A stretch of DNA of 64,000 nt. Origin: a virus. Lineage: Duplodnaviria; Heunggongvirae; Uroviricota; Caudoviricetes. Each line of letters starts with the position of its first letter. Position 1 is the first letter of the stretch. The notes below the pieces were generated by a model that saw only the letters and a list, made by a program, of their open reading frames with translations, was not told the origin of the DNA and ran no database searches. The stretch lies in IMG/VR virus record IMGVR_UViG_3300020050_014748. One strand, 5' to 3'. A program made the translations under genes and the position numbers. Shown in pieces: positions 55,091 to 64,000 of this stretch.

Positions 55091-57379
55091 TTATTCTTCG
55101 TTAGTATCGTTAACTGTACCTGGTAGATATATAACACTTAATCTTATTATCTTTGGCGATTGTAGTGAACTATCTCTTAATGAAAGAGAAAATGTTCTAC
55201 ATGGCACAGCTTGCCCACGTTCTGGGTCTTTGGATGTTATTTTGAGAAGTGAGACACCCTTTGTTGCCGTTCCATCTATTTCATACCAACTTGGATTACC
55301 TTCTGCGGTAGAAACAAAGGCCTTCAATGAACTACCTCTTTCTGTTTCTATAATAAGAGAGTTTAATGTATTTGTATTCTCATAATTACCTTGAAGATTC
55401 ATCTTATTCAAATCAATTCTAAAGAATATTTCACTACCGTCATCTGTACTCCCCTCCAAAAATGATTTAACCGCTTTATTACCTGCTGTATCTATAAACA
55501 CAAGACGATCAGAATCAAGTTCACTTACAAAAGTGGTAAATTCACTTGCTTTAACATTAGTATGAATAAACCAATTCTCTTGAGTTAAGCTATATTCAAG
55601 GCAAACATCTCTAAGTGTTTTTTCGATTGATCCATCGGGATAATATAATGTTACATCACCTAATGTGAAGAACACACTTCTACCCTTTTTCCCTGCAGCA
55701 CAAGCTTCCTTACCTGCTTTTGTTGCGCCATTAATATATCTCTCAACTTTATTAGAAATAAGTTTAGGTATACCACCAGATGTACTATATATACCCGTAT
55801 AATGCAAGAAATAAAGACTTCCGAGTAATTTTACATTACCCTTTTTTGACACATTCCCGATACCGAGGTCAAAGTTCTCGAGAGTGTAATCATTCCAACT
55901 TGAAAGACTATTTTTGTTAGCAATCATCATAACATTACCGATGTTCTCCATCATTGTAATACCATCGTTATCACCCCCACTTAATTTAAATGTATCGTAT
56001 TGCTTTACATCTCTTCCTGTGATTGATCCATTATTAACCCATCTGAATTTTTTCGGCCCTGTATATGTTCCACTCACCCATATCTCATCTGAGGCAAGGA
56101 ATGTCGTAAATGAACCTGAGAATGTGTATGTACAAGTTACTGTTGTGTCTTGAATACTAACAAGTGAAATATCAGCAACCTTATTTGGTCCTCTATAGAC
56201 TTCATATTCTTTAGCACCAGTTGCTGTGTATAAATACTTTGTATCTGTTACACTTAATGTTATTGTACCAGACGGTGTTAAATTATCTGCACTTATTAAG
56301 GATATAATTCCTAGTGGGAAAGACGATCGGAGTACAGTTGTTGGATATACAGTTTGGTTTGTACTTATTGTAAATGTTGCATTAGTGCCACCACCAGAAA
56401 CAGTTATTGTTTCATTTTCCTTGTATCCAGATCCAGCCGCATTAATAGCGATTACAGTCACAACACCAGTAGAGGTTGTTATGTTTACAGTAAGCCCTGT
56501 TCCTGATCCTCCAGTTGTAGCAACTGCAGTTCCATTAGAATACCCTGTTCCACCAGAGATAATAGTGGCACCATTAACTGTTCCTTTTTCTTGTTTAAAA
56601 TTAGCAAGATATAATCTATTTTTATAATAGTTTATAAATTGAGCTTTTGGTGAGTTATAAAGATGTCCCGCTGCATCAGCAGAATCATAAACAGTAGTCC
56701 CGTCATCTCCACTTATGTAACGATTATAATCAGCGTAATTCGAAATATAATAATTCTCTTCTGCTTGTGTTCCGTCCATAACACCAGCGAGAATATCTGC
56801 ACCTTTTCCTGTGAGTGGTGTCCATGCATTTACTGTTGTTATTGTGAATGTTGCATTTGCTCCACCAGTTGAAACAGTTAATGTTTCCCCGTTAGCATAT
56901 CCAGTTCCTCCAGCGTTTACTGATATTGCTGATATAACCCCTCCAGATGCTGTTATATCGACCGTACAGCCACTTCCAGAGCCTCCAGTAGTGGCAACCG
57001 CAGTCCCGGTTGTATAACCCGTTCCACCGCCTTTTAAAGTGACCGCTGTGACAACTCCAGCTTCACTTAAATAAAATAATATTGCTTTATTTGCAGTAGC
57101 TGCTTCACTCAAACGGTAGAGTCCCTGATTTGTTGCGATATCAGGGTTAAAGTAAAAAATACCATAATTATTATTTGTTGCGAAGGCCGTTCCACCTACC
57201 GCCTCTCCTACAACTATCTGTCCTCCTCTTTTTTCAATAGAACCTATGTTTACAGATCTTGCGTTTTCAGAAGCATATAGTTCTGTTTTTTTTGCAACAT
57301 TAAAACTCACAAGCGAGTTCACGCCTTCAAAATACTCAACATTTATTCTTTTTTCATTTGAACCAATTTCTGTTGCCAT
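55091..57379 (-). CDS. tail fiber/receptor-binding-like protein with two internal copies of a roughly 65-aa GGTGY...NATFTI repeat domain
   Basis: KGGGTGYTTGTAVATTGGSGSGCTVDITASGGVISAISVNAGGTGYANGETLTVSTGGANATFTI and ISGGTGYSNGTAVATTGGSGTGLTVNITTSTGVVTVIAINAAGSGYKENETITVSGGGTNATFTI. Confidence 0.5.
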   Translation of the reverse strand: MATEIGSNEKRINVEYFEGVNSLVSFNVAKKTELYASENARSVNIGSIEKRGGQIVVGEAVGGTAFATNNNYGIFYFNPDIATNQGLYRLSEAATANKAILFYLSEAGVVTAVTLKGGGTGYTTGTAVATTGGSGSGCTVDITASGGVISAISVNAGGTGYANGETLTVSTGGANATFTITTVNAWTPLTGKGADILAGVMDGTQAEENYYISNYADYNRYISGDDGTTVYDSADAAGHLYNSPKAQFINYYKNRLYLANFKQEKGTVNGATIISGGTGYSNGTAVATTGGSGTGLTVNITTSTGVVTVIAINAAGSGYKENETITVSGGGTNATFTISTNQTVYPTTVLRSSFPLGIISLISADNLTPSGTITLSVTDTKYLYTATGAKEYEVYRGPNKVADISLVSIQDTTVTCTYTFSGSFTTFLASDEIWVSGTYTGPKKFRWVNNGSITGRDVKQYDTFKLSGGDNDGITMMENIGNVMMIANKNSLSSWNDYTLENFDLGIGNVSKKGNVKLLGSLYFLHYTGIYSTSGGIPKLISNKVERYINGATKAGKEACAAGKKGRSVFFTLGDVTLYYPDGSIEKTLRDVCLEYSLTQENWFIHTNVKASEFTTFVSELDSDRLVFIDTAGNKAVKSFLEGSTDDGSEIFFRIDLNKMNLQGNYENTNTLNSLIIETERGSSLKAFVSTAEGNPSWYEIDGTATKGVSLLKITSKDPERGQAVPCRTFSLSLRDSSLQSPKIIRLSVIYLPGTVNDTNEE

Positions 57380-57394
57380 ATTATACTTGAATTA

Positions 57395-58537
57395 TTACAC
57401 GTTAGCCTCAGGAGCAATACCACACCAGTCAAGGGCAGCGTCTCTATCAACAGAAGCAACAACCATATCATTTAAATTTTGAATGAACATTTTATAGTCA
57501 TTCATGTAATTAGGATTTCCAAACTTACGTCCAGCTCTATACATCATAAAATCCTTAACAACATAACACCCATTATCAGGTAGATCAATAACATCAGAGT
57601 TAGATGTAACTCTATCTGTTTTTGTTAAATACATATAGTGGTATGTAGGTGAATTTTGTGGTGTAGGTAATATGCCAATATATTTACCTCTTATGTAATA
57701 TCTTGGTGCACTACCCGTGTAGGTGAATGCTTCTCTTAATGAGATGTAATCAATAGGATACTTTCCTTGATTATTTAAAGCAGTTGGATCAGATGTTTCA
57801 AGGCCACCAGTAATAGATACTAGTTGATAGAAATCATCAGGTAGTAGGTATTCACTTGTTCCAGAAACAATAGAGAGAGTAGAGAGCGCAGATGCAGAGT
57901 ATTCTCTATTTGAAAGATTTAATTTGTTTCTCATTAAAGAGAAACCTTCGTTTAACCACGAAAGAGCATCGTCACGTGTGACTAGCTTTAATTCTTTGTT
58001 GTTAAGTAAACTAAAGAAGTCATTAAGAATATCTTCTACTGTATCTCTTTCAAACCCAGCATACGGAAGACTATTAGATTCATTAGAAACAGCAGTTGAG
58101 GTAGAATTATAAAATACAAACCATCCATACCCAGCTACGTGAGTAGAATCATCATATGTTGTGAACCAGTTACCAGGTTGTATATCAACAGTAGCAAGTA
58201 ATGTACCCGTACTAAATGTTTCCGTAACTGTGTAATAAAACTTAACTTGGTTATACGGAATAACACTTACCCTTGAACTTTCTGAGTGTGAAAACTTTGT
58301 TGAGGTCGTAAAAGTAAGCAAGCCCGTACTAGAGTTAACTGTTGAAATCTTGAGTATTTCAGCTTCATCAGCACCTACATTTCCTATTAAAACATATGCA
58401 TCAGTTGCAAAAGCAGGATCTGTTGCGTTTGTAATAGTTAAACTAGAAACACCTGATATATAATTGGACACCAAGTAAGAATACTTAGCAGATTGGAGTA
58501 ATATTCGATTGTCAGCCTGTAATGTGGTGATAGCCAT
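57395..58537 (-). CDS. structural protein (unknown role)
   Basis: 380-aa ORF in the virion block. Confidence 0.45.
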   Translation of the reverse strand: MAITTLQADNRILLQSAKYSYLVSNYISGVSSLTITNATDPAFATDAYVLIGNVGADEAEILKISTVNSSTGLLTFTTSTKFSHSESSRVSVIPYNQVKFYYTVTETFSTGTLLATVDIQPGNWFTTYDDSTHVAGYGWFVFYNSTSTAVSNESNSLPYAGFERDTVEDILNDFFSLLNNKELKLVTRDDALSWLNEGFSLMRNKLNLSNREYSASALSTLSIVSGTSEYLLPDDFYQLVSITGGLETSDPTALNNQGKYPIDYISLREAFTYTGSAPRYYIRGKYIGILPTPQNSPTYHYMYLTKTDRVTSNSDVIDLPDNGCYVVKDFMMYRAGRKFGNPNYMNDYKMFIQNLNDMVVASVDRDAALDWCGIAPEANV

Positions 58538-58565
58538 AATGGTTTTATTATAACATAAATCTATT

Positions 58566-60491
58566 CTATCTCGACATTTTACCAGTTTTTGTGCTCATTC
58601 TTGATATAGAGCCCATCTTCTGGTTGTTTCTATTTATTGAACCACTCTTAGAGGATATTTGATTAGAAGATCCACCTATAGACCTTTTACTCATTGATCC
58701 ATTAGGTCTTTTTCGGAAGACCCCAAATGGTATATAAAGGAAATCTATAAGGTTGGATAATCGTAGTGTTTCAGAAATGGTTCGGAAATACATTTTTACA
58801 GTAGAAAGTATATCACTTAATTGTATTTCTTCTGTGAAAATAGGAGAGAGACTTTTTATAACAGAAAGAACATTACTCAATCTAAGTGTTTCAGATATTG
58901 TTCTACTTGTGTTTTTTGTAACACTTGCAGTTAATCTTAAATTCTCTGTAATCATTAAATTAAGAACACTTATACTTGTAAATACCCCTGTTAAGTTGAG
59001 TGTCTCTGAAATAACCCTAGAAAATGATCGTATTGTTGTGTCAGTAAGAGATATTGATTCAGTTAAAATTCTTGCAGTTATAGAACGTAATACATCTGCT
59101 GTTAGTATTAAGTTTTCCGTAAGTACTCTTGATGAACTTTTTATTATTGTACCTGTCAATGAAAGATCATTTAATATTGTCTTTGATAGACTTTTTATGA
59201 GTGTTCCCGTTAGATTTAAGTCTTCTGTGCATGTTTGGGTGTAAAGAGAAGTTGCTGGGTTTAATCCTATTGCGATAAAATCCCACTCATTTCCAGTAGT
59301 ATTGATTGTTAAGGTTGAAGAAGTTGGGGTAACAACAACATCTGTTGTACTAACAATAGCAGAAATATCCTGACTATTTGTTTTAATCAAGGTTGTTGTA
59401 TTTGAACCATTACTAGAATAATCTCTTACAAAATAAAAACCAACAACATATGCGTTATTAACCGTTGTAGTGACTGAAACAGAGGCAGTAGAAGAAGTAG
59501 CCCCAGCTGTTGTAGTACCAGTATAAGGTGTAGTTTGATCAACATTATTAGCAGACACAGCACCGCCGTTTACGTTAGCACTATTAGAAACAGCAATTGT
59601 GTTTGTTCCAGTTGCTGGGTTTACTAATCCCCAAAAAGTTAGATATCTAGCAGAGAGTGTATTTGTCATCGTTGACCCTATTTGGGTCATTGAAACACCA
59701 CCATAAGTAACACTAACAGCACCGTTGGATGTTTCATTTAAAGCTACAAGTAGGTAATCTCCATTATTATTATGAGACCAACTTGTTGTCCCCTGTGATC
59801 CGTTTCCTGATGTGTTACCAAACTCTATTACCTGGAATGGATATTGAATACCGTTCCCAGCTCTATATAAAACCCTAACTTGGTATGCTGTTAATGCGTC
59901 ATTCCAAACACCAACTTCATCAACAAGGCCAGAGAAATAACTACTCCCATCATCTCTTCCAATATTAAAAAATCCAGTAGAAGAAGATCCATTCCCACTA
60001 CATGCAACAGTATCAACGAGTGTTCCATTAATATATGCTTTTAGATTTGTATTATCGTACGTTAAAACAAGATGGTGATAATTACTCGTACCTAAATCAT
60101 AAGCATAATCAGACCCTTGGTTTGAAGTACCAACCCTGTCACGTCTAAATCGAACAGATTTTGTTCCACCATTATCTCTGTATTCTAGTTTATATTGAAC
60201 ATCAGAAGAAGAACCACCCTGTGCTAGGATGGTGTGAATAGCGTTAGATGGTGCTGTTGTTACCTTAACCCAACAAGATAAAGTTATCGCGCCCCCATCA
60301 ATACCTAGGTTGTTGTTAGTTGATAGGTATTTTGTGGAATTAGATGAACCGAAATCTGCCCCATTATTTATCTTAGCTGAAGCATAACCAACAGTGTTAT
60401 TGTTTGTTAAATTATAACCACCAACAGTATCAGTGGCATTACCACTGGATTCATCTAGTTTATAATATGCAATTATATTGTCTAGTAGCAT
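58566..60491 (-). CDS. LamG/concanavalin-like lectin domain protein with C-terminal roughly 13-aa tandem repeats
   Basis: N-terminus ...LSCWVKV...HHLVLTYDNTNLKAYINGTLVD...GLVDEVGVWNDALTAYQV is a LamG pattern. C-terminal periodic repeats of the form xxRxIxExLxLxx. Confidence 0.5.
   Translation of the reverse strand: MLLDNIIAYYKLDESSGNATDTVGGYNLTNNNTVGYASAKINNGADFGSSNSTKYLSTNNNLGIDGGAITLSCWVKVTTAPSNAIHTILAQGGSSSDVQYKLEYRDNGGTKSVRFRRDRVGTSNQGSDYAYDLGTSNYHHLVLTYDNTNLKAYINGTLVDTVACSGNGSSSTGFFNIGRDDGSSYFSGLVDEVGVWNDALTAYQVRVLYRAGNGIQYPFQVIEFGNTSGNGSQGTTSWSHNNNGDYLLVALNETSNGAVSVTYGGVSMTQIGSTMTNTLSARYLTFWGLVNPATGTNTIAVSNSANVNGGAVSANNVDQTTPYTGTTTAGATSSTASVSVTTTVNNAYVVGFYFVRDYSSNGSNTTTLIKTNSQDISAIVSTTDVVVTPTSSTLTINTTGNEWDFIAIGLNPATSLYTQTCTEDLNLTGTLIKSLSKTILNDLSLTGTIIKSSSRVLTENLILTADVLRSITARILTESISLTDTTIRSFSRVISETLNLTGVFTSISVLNLMITENLRLTASVTKNTSRTISETLRLSNVLSVIKSLSPIFTEEIQLSDILSTVKMYFRTISETLRLSNLIDFLYIPFGVFRKRPNGSMSKRSIGGSSNQISSKSGSINRNNQKMGSISRMSTKTGKMSR
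58740..59230. repeat. degenerate roughly 39-42-nt tandem repeats inside the LamG gene
   Basis: Recurrent AGTGTTTCAGAAAT...-like units. Confidence 0.45.
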
Positions 60492-60506
60492 TTCCTAGTG
60501 ATTCAA

Positions 60507-61163
60507 TTATTTAAATCTAGTTTTTTTACCGATATCTGAATGTACTTTCTTGTGGCAAGACCTACATAATGTTAGTCCATTATCAATATCAAACCTTAAT
60601 TCTGGGTACTCATTAAAGCCTTTTATATGGTGAGCAACTGGACTCTTTTGTTTAATGTTACACATTCTACAAGTCCAATAATCTCTTTTATATACACCTT
60701 TTCTCCAAATGTTATATTCTTTTGATTTTCGAATCAAATGGTTTGCTTCAGTTTTCCCACCTTTCCAGTTCCAGTGATTTTCTCGTGAGAGTTTTTTTAC
60801 ATGATCGGCACTTTTAGGCTTACCCTTATTCCCTGCTGATATATTATTCCGATGGCTTTCTGTGAATTTTTTACCTAACCATACTTTAGTAATATAACCA
60901 GTGTGGCCCTTTTTAAAAAAGCCGTATTTTAATGGGTCAAGATTTCTATATTCTCTTCTACACTCACTAGAACATGTTACTATTTTATTCAACCTGGATT
61001 TTGATATCTGTATTTCTTTTTTACAATTCTTACATAAAATAATTATTCTATTTTTATTATAAGAACAAGATCTTGAACAGAATTTTATTTTAGCCCATTC
61101 ATATTTTTTATAATTACAACTTCTTAGTATAATATTACACCCCTCACATTTTTTTGTTTCCAT
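60507..61163 (-). CDS. HNH endonuclease with N-terminal Cys-rich zinc fingers
   Basis: C-terminal AHHIKGF...LTLCRSCHKKVH motif. Confidence 0.55.
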   Translation of the reverse strand: METKKCEGCNIILRSCNYKKYEWAKIKFCSRSCSYNKNRIIILCKNCKKEIQISKSRLNKIVTCSSECRREYRNLDPLKYGFFKKGHTGYITKVWLGKKFTESHRNNISAGNKGKPKSADHVKKLSRENHWNWKGGKTEANHLIRKSKEYNIWRKGVYKRDYWTCRMCNIKQKSPVAHHIKGFNEYPELRFDIDNGLTLCRSCHKKVHSDIGKKTRFK

Positions 61164-61196
61164 TTATCAATTATAGCACAAGGGTGTAGATACCAC

Positions 61197-61886
61197 CTAA
61201 CTTGAACATTGGACCTTCCAAGAAATTTGCATTGAATCGCCATTCACTACGTTAATAGCAGAGAACACTTGACGACAAAGCAAAACACCAGATGAGGCTG
61301 CGTTAAGTACCCCTGATTCTGTCACCGCTTTTGTACCGGTCACAGTGAATGTATTAACAAGCTGAGCCGTATCATTTGTTTGTGTAGTTGTTACACGTGA
61401 AGCAGTAGCATTAGCACGAGACAAACCAGAATCAGCTATTTCAGTTTCGAGTGTTGTATCTGCAACGTTAGCTGCTGTCGTACCCGTCCCAGTAGCGATA
61501 TATGTAAACGCAGCTTCTGATCCAGCACCATTTAAGCGTGAGGCAGCACCAGCAAAACCAGCGTTTGTTATAAGATTTGAAATAACAGATTTATCAGACC
61601 AACGGCCTAGAATATATGGAATCTTCTTAAAATGAGGAGAAACAATCCCATGTTTTATTAAGAATGTAAATAGTTTATTCTGTTGAAAAACAGGTTTTAT
61701 TTTACCATCTTTATCACGAAGAACATACTCAACGTTTTCTCTTACGCGATTTCTCGACTTATTATTTACCTTTTTCTCAACTTTCTTCTTTGTGTTTTTC
61801 ATAATAATACTATTATATAATAATTGAATCCTTAAGATCAGAAATGACCTTATCTGCATTCTTTTGAGTTTCTTCAAAATCAGCAT
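61197..61886 (-). CDS. hypothetical structural protein
   Basis: ORF. Confidence 0.45.
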   Translation of the reverse strand: MLILKKLKRMQIRSFLILRIQLLYNSIIMKNTKKKVEKKVNNKSRNRVRENVEYVLRDKDGKIKPVFQQNKLFTFLIKHGIVSPHFKKIPYILGRWSDKSVISNLITNAGFAGAASRLNGAGSEAAFTYIATGTGTTAANVADTTLETEIADSGLSRANATASRVTTTQTNDTAQLVNTFTVTGTKAVTESGVLNAASSGVLLCRQVFSAINVVNGDSMQISWKVQCSS

Positions 61887-62106
61887 TTTCTATACTTCTC
61901 TGCTCGTCACTCATTCTTACATCAAGATATTTCTTAAGCTCAGCCTCTATCTCTTCTGTAGTCTGGTCCATGCCAAACTCAAGAGAAAGACTTTCAAGAA
62001 CAGAATCATCTTCATCTAAAAGATTAAATTTAACATTAAGGAAATCCCTCCCTTCTGCTACATAACGATCCTTTATTGTGCTGGTAATTTTTATTTTCTT
62101 TATCAT
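61813..62106 (-). CDS. hypothetical acidic protein
   Basis: ORF overlapping the previous one by 74 nt. Confidence 0.35.
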   Translation of the reverse strand: MIKKIKITSTIKDRYVAEGRDFLNVKFNLLDEDDSVLESLSLEFGMDQTTEEIEAELKKYLDVRMSDEQRSIENADFEETQKNADKVISDLKDSIII

Positions 62107-62109
62107 ATA

Positions 62110-62556
62110 TTATGCTCTTTTTTTGAGTTTTTTAAGTTTCTTTAGTAAATTAGATGGTGTCTCAACTCCAGCCTTGCTTACATTTTCAATAATTGAAATA
62201 AATTCAGTTATTGCAATAAAACCGAGCATGAGATCTGCAAAGAGTTGACCCTGATCTATGACAAACCTATCAGTGATAGTTGCAGCTGATACAAGTATAC
62301 CATAGACAACCATTTTAAGGATTGTTCTACTGCATTTTGCACTTGTTATCTTTTCATTGTTCTTAAGTACAGCAATTAATGCGGTAATAAAGTCAAAAGT
62401 TATAAGCGCAGCAACTGCAAGGTATAACTCTGTCTTGAGTGGGTTAAACAAAAATGCGTACACTGAAAGTAATCCTGAAAAAAACAGTTTTAATTTCATG
62501 TTAGACAATGTTACTGTCCCTACTGATATTAAATTTTCCAAAGTAAGAGCCTTCAT
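62110..62556 (-). CDS. holin-like membrane protein (3-4 TM, charged C-terminus KKLKKLKKRA)
   Basis: Hydropathy pattern typical of phage holin families. Confidence 0.4.
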   Translation of the reverse strand: MKALTLENLISVGTVTLSNMKLKLFFSGLLSVYAFLFNPLKTELYLAVAALITFDFITALIAVLKNNEKITSAKCSRTILKMVVYGILVSAATITDRFVIDQGQLFADLMLGFIAITEFISIIENVSKAGVETPSNLLKKLKKLKKRA

Positions 62557-62569
62557 ATCTAAAACTGTT

Positions 62570-62782
62570 TTACTGTTTTTCTACTACTTCTAATTTTTCT
62601 GCTTCTAATTTCAACACCAAAAAATTTTCCTTTCTCTGTGAAATCTCTGCTTCTTGAATTGCAATAAACTCAAGTTCTCTGTTTATTTTTTTAAGATCAA
62701 AAACTTCTTCTTTTGATTTTGAAGGTGTTATTGTTGTAACTTTGATTTCTGTGTCGCTATGTTTTGTGATTTGTTCGCTCAT
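62570..62782 (-). CDS. hypothetical protein
   Basis: ORF. Confidence 0.35.
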   Translation of the reverse strand: MSEQITKHSDTEIKVTTITPSKSKEEVFDLKKINRELEFIAIQEAEISQRKENFLVLKLEAEKLEVVEKQ

Positions 62783-62803
62783 ATATTTATTATTAATTTA
62801 TAA

Positions 62804-63817
62804 TTAGTTTAATTTAACCCAACCGCCATCATATCCCCACCATCCTGTTGATGTGATAGTTGCACCATCGCCATCATTACAGAATATAAGAAGTCCGTTT
62901 GCTGGTGATGAGATTGCTTCTGCTTCTGAACCTCTCATTTGTGGAGGTAGAAATCCTTTTGTCGTTGAGTTCATATGAAGCAATGCACTTGCATTTGGAT
63001 TTGTTGCTGCTGGATTTGAACCAATACCCATTATCATTCCTGATGTTGTACCATCTGTGTATAGGAATGCTCCTGAATAGAGATGTACTCTATCACCTCC
63101 GAATGTTGCTCCAAAACCTGCCACTTGGAATGAACCAGTATTTTCTGACATGAAACCGTATTTTGCAAGCACCCCCTCTGGTGTATTGATATCAGAGCGA
63201 ATAGTGAGCATATTGTCGCCTGTGGTGTTTGTGACTTTTAGAAGGTAATCATAGAGTGTTTGTCCTGTAATGTGTAGATACGCTGTTGGGTTTGTGTTTC
63301 TTATACCAACATATTTATCTGTTTTAATGAAGATACTATCAGTTGCCCCATTGATACCAAAGGCGAGTGGTGTTGCTCCTGATGAAGATGAGAAATATGC
63401 AGTTGTACCAGAAGTTCCAGCAACAAATCCATTCGTAGCAGAATCAAGGAAATATGCGATTTCACCTGCTCCTCCAGTTGTTCTCACATCAAGTCGTACT
63501 GCTGGAGTTGCTGTTCCAATTCCGAGTCTATTATTTGTATTATCCCAAAAAAGATTTGAGTTGTCTTGTTCTACTGCTCCACCTGTGCCAAGGAAAAGAA
63601 TTGACCCAGCCGTTAATCCAGGTAGAGATAACCCTGCTAAACTTAATATATTTGTTGAATCATTATAATTAAAGTTTGCATTATCTTGATTTATAAACCC
63701 AGTCGAGTCAACAAACAAAACAGAACCAGAAGTTCCTCCAGTTACCGTTGTTGTTCCTATTGTGATTCCACCAGATGTTACTGGAGAAGCTTGTGGTTTA
63801 TCTTGATAGAGAGGCAT
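62804..63817 (-). CDS. Gly/Thr/Asn-rich fiber-like protein
   Basis: 337 aa of G/T/S/N-rich sequence. Confidence 0.45.
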   Translation of the reverse strand: MPLYQDKPQASPVTSGGITIGTTTVTGGTSGSVLFVDSTGFINQDNANFNYNDSTNILSLAGLSLPGLTAGSILFLGTGGAVEQDNSNLFWDNTNNRLGIGTATPAVRLDVRTTGGAGEIAYFLDSATNGFVAGTSGTTAYFSSSSGATPLAFGINGATDSIFIKTDKYVGIRNTNPTAYLHITGQTLYDYLLKVTNTTGDNMLTIRSDINTPEGVLAKYGFMSENTGSFQVAGFGATFGGDRVHLYSGAFLYTDGTTSGMIMGIGSNPAATNPNASALLHMNSTTKGFLPPQMRGSEAEAISSPANGLLIFCNDGDGATITSTGWWGYDGGWVKLN

Positions 63818-64000
63818 ATATTATATGTAGTTTTGTGCTTCAACTTCAATATAGTTTATATCCATATTGTCTGCGTTTGCGTTATGAGCATATGTACTCA
63901 AAGCAACCTTAGGAACAGAAGCGTCATTAATAAAAGCAACTCTATATCCACCTACATAGAATTCAGCTGAAAAACCGTTGAATACGATTCTAAAATCTGT

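Noticed and set aside
1-64000. Alternative genetic code (stop-codon reassignment) suggested by the odd tRNAs
   Set aside because: ORFs of 2129, 1262, 762, 718 and 703 aa are intact under the standard code, and none of the tRNAs has a convincing CUA/UCA/UUA suppressor anticodon with U33.
1-64000. Integrated prophage boundaries, integrase or transposase
   Set aside because: No tyrosine or serine recombinase or transposase motifs were seen in any ORF, and no attachment-like repeats flank the tRNAs. The window appears to be internal to a large phage genome.

Overview
This window is an AT-rich (roughly 30-35% GC), densely coded 64-kb stretch that reads as part of a large tailed-phage genome, whether virion or prophage-derived. 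No integrase or transposase was seen.

Four transcription blocks:
- 1-3312 (+): small genes of unknown function.
- 3624-19739 (-): many small and Cys-rich genes, an HTH-metallophosphatase, a lysis cassette (amidase, holin-like, lysozyme-like), a tRNA island (7 tRNAs, two HNH endonucleases, a glutaredoxin), a ~1-kb ORF-free structured region, an HAD phosphatase, a type-IV prepilin-like gene, an SPFH protein and an SNF2 helicase.
- 19863-39508 (+), replication, recombination and nucleotide metabolism: an initiator carrying iterons, a DnaC-like loader, a Prim-Pol/DnaB-like primase-helicase, a PPP phosphatase, RecA, an SSB-like protein, SbcD, RuvC, an HNH endonuclease, SbcC, a dUTPase-like protein, a 2H phosphoesterase, an AAA+ ATPase and a GroEL-like chaperonin.
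- 39524-64000 (-), virion module: a 2129-aa giant protein with an N-terminal HNH-like motif and a DxDGD (RNAP beta-prime-like) motif, a 718-aa Thr/Ser-rich protein, an M23 peptidase, a 1262-aa protein with three peptidoglycan-binding domains, Gly/Thr-rich fiber proteins with internal duplications, a LamG protein with tandem repeats, an HNH endonuclease and a second holin-like protein.

A near-perfect TTGACT-N17-TATAAT promoter with a conserved spacer recurs at least 9 times on both strands. Several copies place the -10 about 7 nt from the ATG, which implies leaderless mRNAs.

The most interesting leads are the promoter-driven 1-kb ORF-free RNA next to the tRNA cluster, the giant DxDGD protein, the 2H phosphoesterase, the prepilin plus SPFH pair, and the phage-encoded chaperonin.
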